From positions 23,996,001 to 24,060,000 of the forward strand of contig NC_086118.1 in the NCBI RefSeq assembly GCF_963921235.1: a DNA stretch of 64,000 nucleotides, written 5' to 3'. Positions 37,508-48,590 of the stretch are shown piece by piece. How positions within the stretch are numbered: the stretch's first letter is position 1; each line of letters begins with the position of its first letter. Under the pieces are notes generated by a model. It was not told the origin of the DNA. It ran no database searches and was given only the letters and a program-made list of their open reading frames with translations. Source of the DNA: Mobula hypostoma (Eukaryota). Position numbers and translations under genes: made by a program.

Positions 37508-40308
37508 ATGATGTTGTAGCAATTAGTGAAACTTGGCTACAGGAGGGGCAGGACTGACAGCTTAATATTCCAGGGTTCCGATGTTTCAGATGTGATCGAG
37601 GCAGAGGAATGAAAGGTGGGGGAGTAGCATTGCTTGTTAGGGAAAATATTACAGCAGTGCTCAGGCAGGACAGATTAGAGGGCTTGTCTACTGAGTCCTT
37701 ATGGGTGGAGCTGAGAAACAGGAAAGGTATGGCCACATTAGTGGGATTGTATTACAGACCACCCAATAGTCAACGAGACTTGGAAGAACAAATCTGCAGA
37801 GAGATAGCAGGCAACTGCAGGAAACATAAAGTTGTGGTGGTAGGGGATTTTAATTTTCCATACATTGATTGGGACTCCCATTCTGTTAGGGGTCTAGATG
37901 GTTTAGAGTTTGTAAAATGTGTTCAGGGAAGTTTTCTAAATCAATATATAGAGGGACCTACTAGAGGGGATGCAACATTGGATCTCCTGTTAGGAAACGA
38001 ATTAGGGCAAGTGATGGAAGTCTGTGTAGGGGAGCACTTTGGTTCCAGTGATCATAACACCATTAGTTTCAATTTGATCATGGACAAGGATAGATCTGGT
38101 CCTAGGGTTGAGGTTCTGAACTGGAAGAAGGCCAAATTTGAAGAAATGAGAAAGGATCTAAAAAGCGTGGATTGGGACAGGTTGTTCTCTGGCAAAGATG
38201 TGATTGGTAGGTGGGAAGCCTCCAAAGGGGAAATTTTGAGAGTGCAGAGTTTGTATGTTCCTGTCAGGATTAAAGGCAAATTGAATAGGAATAAGGAACC
38301 TTGGTTCTCAAGGGATATTGCAACTCTGATAAAGAAGAAGAGGGAGTTGTATGAAATGTATAGGAAACAGGGGGTAAATCAGGTGCTTGAGGAGTATACA
38401 AAGTGCAAGAAAATACTTAAGAAAGAAATCAGGAGGGCTAAAAGAAGACATGAGGTTGCCTTGGCAGTCAAAGTGAAGGATAATCCAAAGAGCTTTTACA
38501 AGTATATTAAGAGCAAAAGGATTGTAAGGGATAAAATTGGTCCTCTTGAAGATCAGAGTGGTCGGCTTTGTGCAGAACCAAAGGAAATGGGGGAGATCTT
38601 AAATAGGTTTTTTGCGTCTGTATTTACTAAGGAAGCTGGCATGAAATCTATGGAATTGAGGAAATCAAGTAGTGAGACCATGGAAGCTGTACAGATTGAA
38701 AAGGAGGAGGTGCTTGTTGTCTTGAGGAAAATTAAAGTGGATAAATCCCCGGGACCTGACAGAGTGTTCCCTCGGACCTTGAAGGAGACTAGTGTTGAAA
38801 TTGCGGGGGCCCTGGCAGAAATATTTAAAATGTCGCTGTCTACGGGTGAAGTGCCGGAGGATTGGAGAGTGGTTCATGTTGTTCCGTTGTTTAAAAAAGG
38901 ATCGAAAAGTAATCCGGGAAATTATAGGCCGGTGAGTTTAACGTCAGTAGTAGGTAAGTTATTGGAGGGAGTACTAAGAGACAGAATCTACAAGCATTTG
39001 GATAGACAGGGGTTTATTAGGGAGAGTCAACATGGCTTTGTGCGTGGTAGGTCATGTTTGACCAATCTGTTGGAGTTTTTCGAGGAGGTTACCTGGAAAG
39101 TGGATGAAGGGAAGGCAGTGGATATTGTCTACATGGACTTCAGTAAGGCCTTTGACAAGGTCCCGCATGGGAGGTTAGTTAGGAAAATTCAGTCGCTAGG
39201 TATACATGGAGAGGTGGTAAATTGGATTAGACATTGGCTCGATGGAAGAAGCCAGAGAGTGGTGGTAGAGATTTGCTTCTCTGAGTGGAGGCCTGTGACT
39301 AGTGGTGTGCCACAGGGATCAGTGCTGGGTCTATTGTTATTTGTCATCTATATCAATGATCTGGATGATAATGTGGTAAATTGGATCAGCAAGTTTGCGG
39401 ATGATACAAAGATTGGAGGTGTAGTAGACAGTGAGGAAGGTTTTCAGAGCCTGCAGAGGGACTTGGACCAGCTGGAAAAATGGGTCGAAAAATGGCAGAT
39501 GGAGTTTAATACTGACAAGTGTGAGGTATTGCACGTTGGAAGGACAAACCAAGGTAGAACATACAGGGTTAATGGTAAGGCACTGAGGAGTGCAGTGGAA
39601 CAGAGGGATCTGGGAATACAGATACAAAATTCCCTAAAAGTGGCGTCACAGGTAGATAGGGTCGTAAAGAGAGCTTTGGTACATTGGCCTTTATTAATCG
39701 AAGTATTGAGTATAAGAGCTGGAATATTATGATGAGGTTGTATAAGGCATTGGTGAGGCCGAATCTGGAGTATTGTGTTCAGTTTTGGTCACCAAATTAC
39801 AGGAAGGATATAAATAAGGTTGAAAGAGTGCAGAGAAGGTTTACAAGGATGTTGCCAGGACTTGAGAAACTCAGTTACAGAGAAAGGTTGAATAGGTTAG
39901 GACTTTATTCCCTGGAGCATAGAAGAATGAGGGGAGATTTGATAGAGGTATATAAAATTATGATGGGTATAGATAGAGTGAATGCAAGCAGGCTTTTTCC
40001 ACTGAGGCAAGGGGAGAAAAAAACCAGAGGACATGGGTTAAGGGTGAGGGGGGAAAAGTTTAAAGGGAACATTATGGGGGGCTTCTTCACACAGAGAGTG
40101 GTGGGAGTATGGAATGAGCTGCCAGACGAGGTGGTAAATGCAGGTTCTTTTTTAACATTTAACAATAAATTGGACAGATACATGGATGGGTGGTGTATGG
40201 AGGGATATGGTTCGTGTGCAGGTCAGTGGAACTAGGCAGAAAATAGTTCAGCACAGTCAAGAAGGGCTAAAGGGCCTGTTTCTGTGCTTTAGTTTCTATG
40301 GTTCTATG
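37508..40308 (+). mobile_element. Young 5'-truncated CR1 LINE
   Basis: Nearly complete ORF2, tail (ttctatgg)n, apparent 5-bp TSD gtctt at 37503-37507 and 40309-40313. Confidence 0.95.
37609..40235 (+). pseudogene. CR1 ORF2 (APE endonuclease plus reverse transcriptase), one frameshift near 39675
   Basis: 707-aa open frame (GDFN, SDH, NYRPVSLTS, PQGSVLG, FADDT) followed by a 183-aa C-terminus in another frame. Upstream TGA at about 37555. Confidence 0.92.
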
Positions 40309-40453
40309 GTCTTGGTTAAGGCGACCACTGACTCCAGGCAGACAATCTCTGGAGAGTATTGATAATTGCTGGGATCACCCGTCTTGTAAAGACACTGCCC
40401 GGAAGAAGGCAATGGCAAACTATTTTGTAGAAGATTTGCTGAGAACAATCATG

Positions 40454-43400
40454 AGGTGAGCTGTCTCCGTGGGAGATATCGACCGACCTTGAAAGCATCA
40501 TCACTCTGTATTCTAAACTCTCTGTATTGACAAGCATCTTATGGAATAATCCTCCAGATCATCAGTAATGCCTCCAGACTCAGGTAGTTAGGGAGAGCTT
40601 CCTTAACCCCCTCAAAGTGCAAGCGTCAGTATAGGAAAATACTTATGTACATTTTGCGGAGCAGCCAGTTACAAACGTGTCAAAATACCCACTGTATTCA
40701 GGTAGAGATGAGAGGCCTCTGATTTAGAATGCTCTCTCCAGCCCCTTGTCCTGGCACCATGGCCCATCTCACTCTCTCTCTGTTCTCCTCTTCACTTTGT
40801 CAGCTGTACACACACAGGAGGCTCTGGTGGATTCTGGCACAGCAGACAGCTTTCTGGATTGAACACTATATGTGTAACTTGGGCTCCCTACTGAACCAAT
40901 CCTTCAACATCACAGCCATTGACAGATGTCCCTTGGGGCCTGGGACAGTCACAGTATGCACACGGCCTGTGCACGTCAGCATCCACCAAATTCCTCCTGA
41001 TTGACTCACACAACACTCCCCTCGTCCCAGGTTACTCTTGGCTTTCCACTCACAATCCTCACTTCACTGGTCATCCAGTGCACTGTTGATTTGGGGACCC
41101 ACCTGCCTGCTGTCTCAGTTGACTTCTCCCTGTAAATCCATGGAGACGGAGGGAACCATTGACCTCACCAAACTTCCACAGAAATGTCAGGATGTATCCA
41201 TCACCTTCAGTAAAAGGGAAGGGAGCACCCTGCCACCTCACAGACCACACGACTGCACGATTGAAATCCTCTCAGGCACACCCCTCCCCTAGGCCATCTG
41301 TTCTCCCTCTCTTCTACTGACACCCAAGCCGTGAATGACTATGTTGCTGAAGCAATACAACATGGCTTCCCAATCAATGCAGGATTCTTCTATGTTAAAA
41401 AAAGATGGGGGTCTTCCTCCCTACATTGACCGCAATGGAGTCAAGAAACTCAGCATTAATTGCCACTACTCCTTTCACCTTTCCCCGGATGTATAGCACA
41501 TTTAAAACACTCCAAGGGGCTAAGGTCCTCACCAAACTGCATTACGAGTGCGTACAACCTGATCAGCATCTACTGGGGGCGGGGGGCGGGATGAGTGGAA
41601 GATGGTATTTAAAACACTCACATGCCATTACGAATACTTGGTGATGCCTTTCAAACTTTCCAACGGTCCATACGTATTCCAAATCTTCATTAACAAGATC
41701 CTCTAAGACTTGTTGCATAGGGATATGTTCTCCTACCTTAACAACATCCTCAGCTTTTCCAAAAACCTGCAAGACCATATCTGTCACATCTATCCAGTCC
41801 TTCAGTGTCTCCTCAAAAACCAACTGTACAGCAGATTAGGAAAAGTTACGCTTCCACAATCAAGTCATCTTCTTCCTGAGTTATATCCTATCAACGTAAC
41901 GCATAACAATGGACCAAGAGAAAGAGCGCACTGTCATTTAATAGCTCTGATGACATAGCCTTCAACAACTATAATGCTTCCTGGGCTTTTCCAACTTCTA
42001 CCACCATTGCGTCAGAAACTACAGCCAAATCACTCCTCCTCTCACCTCTCTCACCAAGTCAACTACCTTATGGATAACCTGGCTTGCTGCCGCAGACCAC
42101 GCTTTTGAGGAGTTCAAGAGATGCTTCAGCACCATTCCATTCTCCACCATATGAACTCCTCTAGATCTTTAGAAGAGGATATATGTGACATGGGTGCTAG
42201 GACCATTATCACCCAGTGAGGAGTGGATGGGAAGGCACACCTTTGTGTCTTCTTCTGGCACATGTTCAATCCTATACAGTGCTATCATGGAGTAGGGAGA
42301 CAGGGAGCTACTCGAAATTAAATGAGCCTAGGAGGAATGGAGACATGAGCTGATGGGAAACACTGAGCCCTTCCTGATCTGGACTGACCACCAGAACCTC
42401 AGATCTATACGACAGATCTGCCAACTCAGCCCACATCAGGCTCGCTGGGTCCTCTTCTTCCAACAACTCAAATTCACTCTCTCCTACCAACCGGGTTCCC
42501 AGAACATAAAGGCAGACATCCTGTCACGGCAGTTTGACCTAACTAAAATGGATATTGGCCCTCAGTCCATTATTCCACTCTCTCAGATCCTCACCCTGAT
42601 CATCTAGGAGCTTGAGAACCAGATCCACCAGTTCCTCTTGCCCGAGTCTTCTCCAGCCAACACACCTGACCACCGCATGTACGTGCCGGCATCTGTGCAG
42701 TCTGAGGCATTTCAGGAGACCCACTCCCCACCCCTCACTGGTCATCCAAGCACAAAATGGACTCTAGATTTTCTGCAACACCAGTTCCGGTGGCCTGCCA
42801 CGATCACAGTTGTACATCAGTTCTTCACTGCCTGGTCTCAATCTGCCCAATCCAGTTCTTCCAACCAGAAGCCTTCTGGGTTCCTGCGGCCCCCCCACCA
42901 GTCTCCTGACACCCACGGTCACACATCGCCATGGATTTCAGTATGGGCTTGCCACCTTCTGATGGAGCCACAGTCATCATGACAGTGGTGGACCATATCT
43001 CCAAGGCAGCCCACTTTCTTGTCCTCCCCGAGCTCCCTTGAGATAGCAGACCTGGCTCTCTAACATGTGGTCCACTTCCATGGTTTCCCTCAGGACATTG
43101 TGCTGGTCCGCAGCTCACAATTTGCCTCCCGCTTTGAGCAATGCCTCTGCCTTCTCTTACGTATCACACTGAGTTTGTCTATCATTTGTAGACCAATGGT
43201 CTGTCAGTAAGAACAAATCAACAAGTGGGAAGTTTCTGTGACGCTTCCACATGAAAAAGAGTATCTGCTCTGGACCACGCTGTTCTACGATCTAAATCCC
43301 TCCTCTGTGATGGTATGTCAACATTTGAAGTGCTTCATGGCTACCAACCCCCTGTTGTTCCCTGGAGAGGAGTCCACAGTGGAGGTCCTGTCCATCGGGG

Positions 43401-44640
43401 CCCTGGTTCACCACTGCCAGAATGCTTGAGGTGGGGGGGGGGGCATGGAGGACCATCCCTAGCTGCCAGTTGTGCTTATTGCTGCCAGGTCAACCAACAT
43501 CTTTGTCCAGCCAGACTACTTTGGCCTGGGGAACTTGTCTGACTGCCCATCTGAGATCACTCCAGCACACCAGCTGCCACAAGCTGTCGCCCCAATTAAT
43601 GGTCTCTTCTAGACCACCCATCACATCAATTCCGTCGCTTACTATCTCCAGCTGTCACGTCCCTCAAGATCTCACCTACCTTTCGAATGTCCTGCCTCAG
43701 GAGGCAGGAGGAGAAGATGGCGACACGATGCAGCTCGCAGTGGCCACTCCGGTGGTGATGTCTGTTATTTGTCAAGTAGGGTGCCGTGCACAATCCTGAT
43801 TTGATGGAGACAGACAAGAGAGTACAGAGGAACATCTGGTGAAACTTCTAAAATGCCTGCTTCGCTGCTGCTGCTACTGTGTGGTCCAGAATCTCCGGAG
43901 GAGAAGGCCCTGAGTCCTCGGCTTTGCTTGTTGCTCGGCGGCCGGGGCGGGGTCAAAGCGCTCAGCAGAGGATGGTGCTCGGTGTCGGAGGGCTGGTCGG
44001 AGGCTCAAAGTTTTCAGACGGACTCAGAGTCCGCTGCGGTCGGGTGCTTCCAATGGTGTTGCGTCGGCAAGTTGGTGGCATTTGGAGGTTCATGGCAGGG
44101 AGAGTTTCTCCCTTCTGCGCCTGCGTGAGATGATGAGTCTATCGGGACTTTGAGACTTTTTTTTACCATGCCCATGGTCTGCTCTTTATCAAATTATAGT
44201 ATTGCTTTGCACTGCTGTAACTATATGTTATAATTATGCGGTTTTGTCAGTTTTAGTCTTGGGTGTCCTGTGTTTTTCTTGTGATATCATTCAGGAGGAA
44301 CGTTGTATCATTTTTTAATGCATGGATTTCTAAATGACAATAAACGAGGACTGAGTGTTCTCATAATCTAATCTAATCAAGCCCTTTGTCAAACCATTCA
44401 ACCCACCTGAACCTGCACTTCTGGAACCTAGTATGGTAACAGTGAGCCAATGTACACAGTTCCCTGCTTGATGGACTTATGTCGCTGTGGTTGGGGTGAG
44501 CATTACTTAGTTAAATAGGAAGTGTATGGTAAGGAGGAGAGGTCTTGGGTGCCATCTGAGTTACATATTGGATCCATCACTCATTGATGAGTTACATAGG
44601 ACCCATCCAGGTTGTCCTGGGCTGGTCATAGGGGGGATTT
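40454..44640 (+). mobile_element. Decayed Ty3/Gypsy chromovirus (sushi-like) internal region, 5' LTR missing
   Basis: Protease ALVDSG at about 40822; [23 protein letters not shown]; RNase H IWTDHQNL...QARW...KADILSR; integrase GHP...SHIAMDF; chromodomain YLVK*EVYGKEERSWVP; PPT agggggga at about 44630. Confidence 0.92.
43700..44377 (+). mobile_element. ORF-less CpG-rich retroelement with AAGATGGCG 5' motif and (aatct)n tail
   Basis: Interrupts the Gypsy sequence cctgcctca|agccc. 5'-truncated paralog on the minus strand at 56447-56851. Confidence 0.8.
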
Positions 44641-44973
44641 TGTCAGGATTGCTCACACGCCCCCCCCCCACCCCCAGCTTGTGCACCTCCAAATCTCCAC
44701 CCAGCTAATAGGATTCACAAGCTGTTCATTCCAGCCGCATCACGTGTATCCTATTTAACCCCAGTTCTTGTTCACTCATCAAACCAGACAGGCTCAACCA
44801 ATTGCTCCTAGCTTTCACTCTTCTTGTTGCCTGTTGTGTTTAGCTTCTGTTTTCTCTTGTTTTGTGGCCCTTCATGGCTTGTTACTTCGCATCTATTATT
44901 AAAGTTATAGTTCACTGCTGAATCATCTCAGCTGCTTTGCTTCTGGGTCAAGCCTAATCTACATTTCCTGACA
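44641..44973 (+). repeat. 3' LTR of the Gypsy element
   Basis: Follows the PPT; termini tgtcagga...tcctgaca; attaaa signal near 44898. Confidence 0.88.
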
Positions 44974-45159
44974 AGGCTGTGATAGTAGATGATTTTCCCT
45001 TTCCACATATTGACAGGGACTTTCATACTGTAAAATAACTGAATGGGATAGAATTTGACAAATGTGTTCTGGACGTTTCCTTAATAATATACAGTGGTCC
45101 AACAAAAGAGAGTGTGATACTGAATCACTTATTAGGTAAAAAGATTGTGCAGGTGACAA

Positions 45160-46500
45160 AAAAGTGTGTAGGGAAACACTTTGGATCTAGTGATCATGGC
45201 TCCATTAATTTAAGTTAATTATGGAGAAGGATAGATCTGATCCTCAGGCTGATATTCTAAATGGGAGAAGGGCCAATTTTGATGGCATCAGAAAGGATCT
45301 GACAAGCGTGAATTGGGATAGGTTGTTTTCTGTCCAAAAGCATGCTCGGTAAGTTTGAGGCCTTATAAAGTGAAATTTTTAGAGTACAGAGTTCATATGT
45401 TCCTGTCAGAATAAAAGTCAAGGCTAACATCTTTAGGGAACCATGGTTTTCATGAGATATTGAGGCCTGAGTTACATGGATGGTTTGAGAAGTATAAGAA
45501 ATATAGGGTACAGTAAGTATATTAAGAGGCTTACAGTAAGTGTAGGCTGAGCAAGCTAGGGATTTTTTCTTTCGAGCATAGGAGGATGAAATTGACTTGA
45601 TAGAGCTGTACAAGATGGTTTCAAGGTTGTCAAGCCGAGAAGTGGTAGTGGGGACAAGCTCCCACTACCTAAAAGTGCTCCTCACTGCATGCGCCTCAAA
45701 TAGCCTCTGACAAGCAGGTCCTACTCCTGGCCTTCTCGTGTGGCTTAGCCTCTAAGCCTGGTGGAACTGTTTCTACTGACATGAGAAGGGGCGAAGGTGG
45801 GTCCTGGCGCCTTAAAACCAGTGCTTCGGGTAGATGGAGCTCATCAGCCTGGGAAGGCAGTCCATCTAAGAGAGGGAAAACTCTGATTTCAAACCTCCGC
45901 TGCCTTGCGGCCATACCCACTCATGGGAAAGGCTTCGGGAGTAAACCCTGAGGACAAATCCGGAGCTGGAGTTCCTAAGGCAGTCGGACGTTGCCTTCAA
46001 CCTCGTTCTGGCAACTCCTGCGACGACACTGGTGCCAAGTTGTATCGACCCTTGCCCTTCCCTTGGACAACATTGGTGTCGTGGAGAGGGAAGACTTGCT
46101 GCATGGGCATCTGCCAGTCTTCCATACAACCTTGCCCAGGCCTGCACCCTGGAAAACCTTTCCAGGCGCAGATCCATGGTCTCGCGAGACTAATGGATGC
46201 CACCACAAGATGATATGAGGCATAGATCAAATGGAGAGACAGAGACCTTTTATCAGACCAGAAATGGCTAATAATTTTAAGGTTCTTGAAGAGAAGTATA
46301 GGGGAGATAGAAGTATAATTTTTTGACAGAGGATGGAGGGTGCATGGAGGCAGGCCAGGGTTATTGATAGAGGCAGATACATTAGGGACTTCTAAGAAAT
46401 ATAGATAGGTACATGGATGATAGAAAACTGGAGGGCAATGTGGGAGGGAAAGGCTAGATTGATCTCTAAGAGTAGGTCATAAGGTTGCCACAATAAAGGC
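45160..46500 (+). mobile_element. CR1 fragments (ORF2 middle and 3' end) split by the 45618-46204 element
   Basis: HFGSSDH and EPWFS motifs; ttgatagagctgtacaagatg|atatgaggcatagat. Confidence 0.75.
45618..46204 (+). mobile_element. ORF-less, highly structured RTE-like element
   Basis: 8-bp TSD acaagatg at 45610-45617 and 46205-46212. Many hairpins. 3' end ccatggtctcgcgagactaatggatgcc resembles RTE tails. Confidence 0.7.
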
Positions 46501-46511
46501 CTTTAAACTAG

Positions 46512-47095
46512 TGAACCCCACCCCACCCCCCAGGTTCCTTGGGCTATGTAAATCTCGGGAATACACACTCTGGTCCCCCCAAATCCATAAGATTGGGATG
46601 GTTCTCCCACCTTAATCTCCGATGTGTGTGGATGCTGTGTAATTTGCTACGCTGTTACAACTCAGTGCCAAGAAAAAACAGACAGCACACTGCTTACAAT
46701 TAAAGAAATTATATTATGAATTTTAACTTAACTAAAGGGTTAGTAAAGAAAAGAAAGAAAAAGAAACAAGAAGAGCCCATTATAGTCAAGTGTGCACCAG
46801 TTGCAGCTCAACTCTTCCAAAACCAATCCTCAGCAGATTTCAGCACCTTGCTCCATCGAATCACGGTCCCCCACCGGGTTGAATCCCATGATGGCTTCTC
46901 TCCAGCGTCTTCTCTCTTCATCTCCCGCCAAACAAAGACCCCAGCTCGCACCAGAGTCAGGCAAACAAAGAAAAACCCATTCCCCAGATCGGTGGTTCAC
47001 ATTCCAAAGTACCCATTATCTCTAACCATAACCCAAACATTGCTTCTACAGAAAGACCACTACGTTAACAGTGAAACCTTTACCAGGGTGTTACA
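46512..47095. repeat. Solo LTR
   Basis: TG...CA termini; 4-bp TSD ctag at 46508-46511 and 47096-47099. Flanks rejoin as the CR1 ORF1-end sequence tttaaactag|atttgcagggg. Confidence 0.75.
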
Positions 47096-47277
47096 CTAGA
47101 TTTGCAGGGGGCTGGGAACCGAAGTGAAGAGGCAGAGGATGGGGTGGTAGGAACACAAGTAGAGACAGCTTGTCGCAAATTCGAAATATTATTTGCAGTT
47201 CTGGTGACCTACCTACAGGAAAGTTATCAATGACATTGAAAGTATGTAGTGTGCAAATTTCAAGAGGTGTAGATGGG

Positions 47278-48057
47278 GTGGAGTGGGGATACGTCTCTAC
47301 CAAATGGGGTGTAAGACACTCTTTCCCTCTGCTAGCCTGCAGGTCACTCTTGGGAAAGGTGTACCATCTGCTTAGCCCCCGATCAGGGTCATGTGAAGAC
47401 AAGGGAGCAGGTGGTGGATGGCTGGTGCACATCACACATCTTGGTTATGCAACCACTGACACCATGCACACAAACTCTGAAGAATATTGATAATGGCTGG
47501 GGTTACCTGTCTTGTAAAGACATTGCCCGGAAGAAGACAATAGCAATGTTGTTGCATGAATGAAGTCACCAGAGAATAGTAATGGTAGATACAAAGCAGC
47601 TTCTTTATTTGACAAAACAAGGTACAGCAGGTATCATACGGAGATGCTTTCAGTTGAAAGGTCTCACTGGTCCAAGCTGGGACTCAATATTTTATGTGCC
47701 AAATATCAAAAAACAACTCCATATTTGCAATGTTTAGACAATGCCTTCTTTGAAACTACATATAACCTTCACACCTCCTGATTCACATCCACAACATAGA
47801 CATCTAAATGAATCTTAATCAGCATTGCCTGGACAGGGATTCACAGCTTTTCAGAACCCATTGTTCAGAGCTGCATTCCAAATTGAATCCACATTATATT
47901 TTCAGATGTGAAGAGCTGTGAAAGTCAATTGCTAAAGGTATATGTCCTAAACCCAAAAATCACCCCAAATGGCAAAACACGTCTGTAGAAAATATTGCCA
48001 AGGACAATCATGGGTCTTGAACAATCATATGACCCGACACATAATGAACAAACAAAT
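47278..48057 (+). mobile_element. Second copy of the RTE-like SINE, split by an unclassified, possibly LTR-derived insert (about 47547-47966)
   Basis: Matches 37333-37507 and 40309-40453; resumes aatggcaaaacacgtctgtagaa at 47968. Confidence 0.7.
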
Positions 48058-48360
48058 AGGGGGGTAAATGCAGGCAGACTTTTTCCAAAGAATTTGGATG
48101 AGACTAGAACTAGAGCTGATAGGTTAAGTGTGAATGGTGATATATTTAAGTCGAGGCTAAGTGAGCTGCCGGTGGAAGTGGTGTATGTGAGTTCAATTGC
48201 AATATTCAAGGGAAGCTTAGACAGGTTCATGGATGGGAGAGGGATGGAGGGTTATGGTCCACTTGAGGGTTTATGGGACCAAGTAGAATAACAGTTTGGC
48301 ATGGACTAGATACAGTATACAAAAGGCCAGTTTCTGTGCTATAGTGGTCTACTACTCTAT
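48058..48360 (+). mobile_element. CR1 3' fragment
   Basis: GVNAGRLFP...ELPVEVV...FKGSLDRFMDGRGMEGYG. Confidence 0.8.
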
Positions 48361-48401
48361 TAATCTCTGAGTTATCTAAGAAAATAACTTAATATAAATG
48401 C

Positions 48402-48590
48402 AAATAAGAGAAAGTCTGCATTTGCTGGAGATCCGAGCAACACACTCAAAATGTTGGAGGAACTCAGCAGGCCAGGCAACATCTAGAAAAAGAGTACAGT
48501 TGTCATTTTGGTCCGAAACCCGAAACATCAACTGTACTCTTTTCCTAGATGCTGCCTGGCTGGCTGAGTTCCTCCAGCATTTTGTTGTGT
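48402..48590. mobile_element. Fold-back PLE-derived element
   Basis: Inverted arms around gtccgaaacccgaaac. 13-bp TSD ttaatataaatgc at 48389-48401 and 48591-48603. Confidence 0.88.

Larger units (their letters stand above)
37333..40453 (+). mobile_element. ORF-less RTE-like SINE (37333-37507 plus 40309-40453) split by a CR1
   Basis: Colinear with the second copy at 47278. RTE/Bov-A-like motif gaagaaggcaatggcaaac. Confidence 0.7.

Noticed and set aside
45700..45762. Complete HDV-like ribozyme
   Set aside because: Partial cues (gcc-loop-ggc, ctaagcc), but P1 and P1.1 could not be built; not called as a feature.
45900..45922. gcggccatacc similarity to the 5S rRNA 5' end
   Set aside because: About 10 nt only, internal to the element, no 5S internal control region.
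45866..46230. Cluster of five overlapping ORFs
   Set aside because: By-product of a GC-rich structured repeat; no domain signal.
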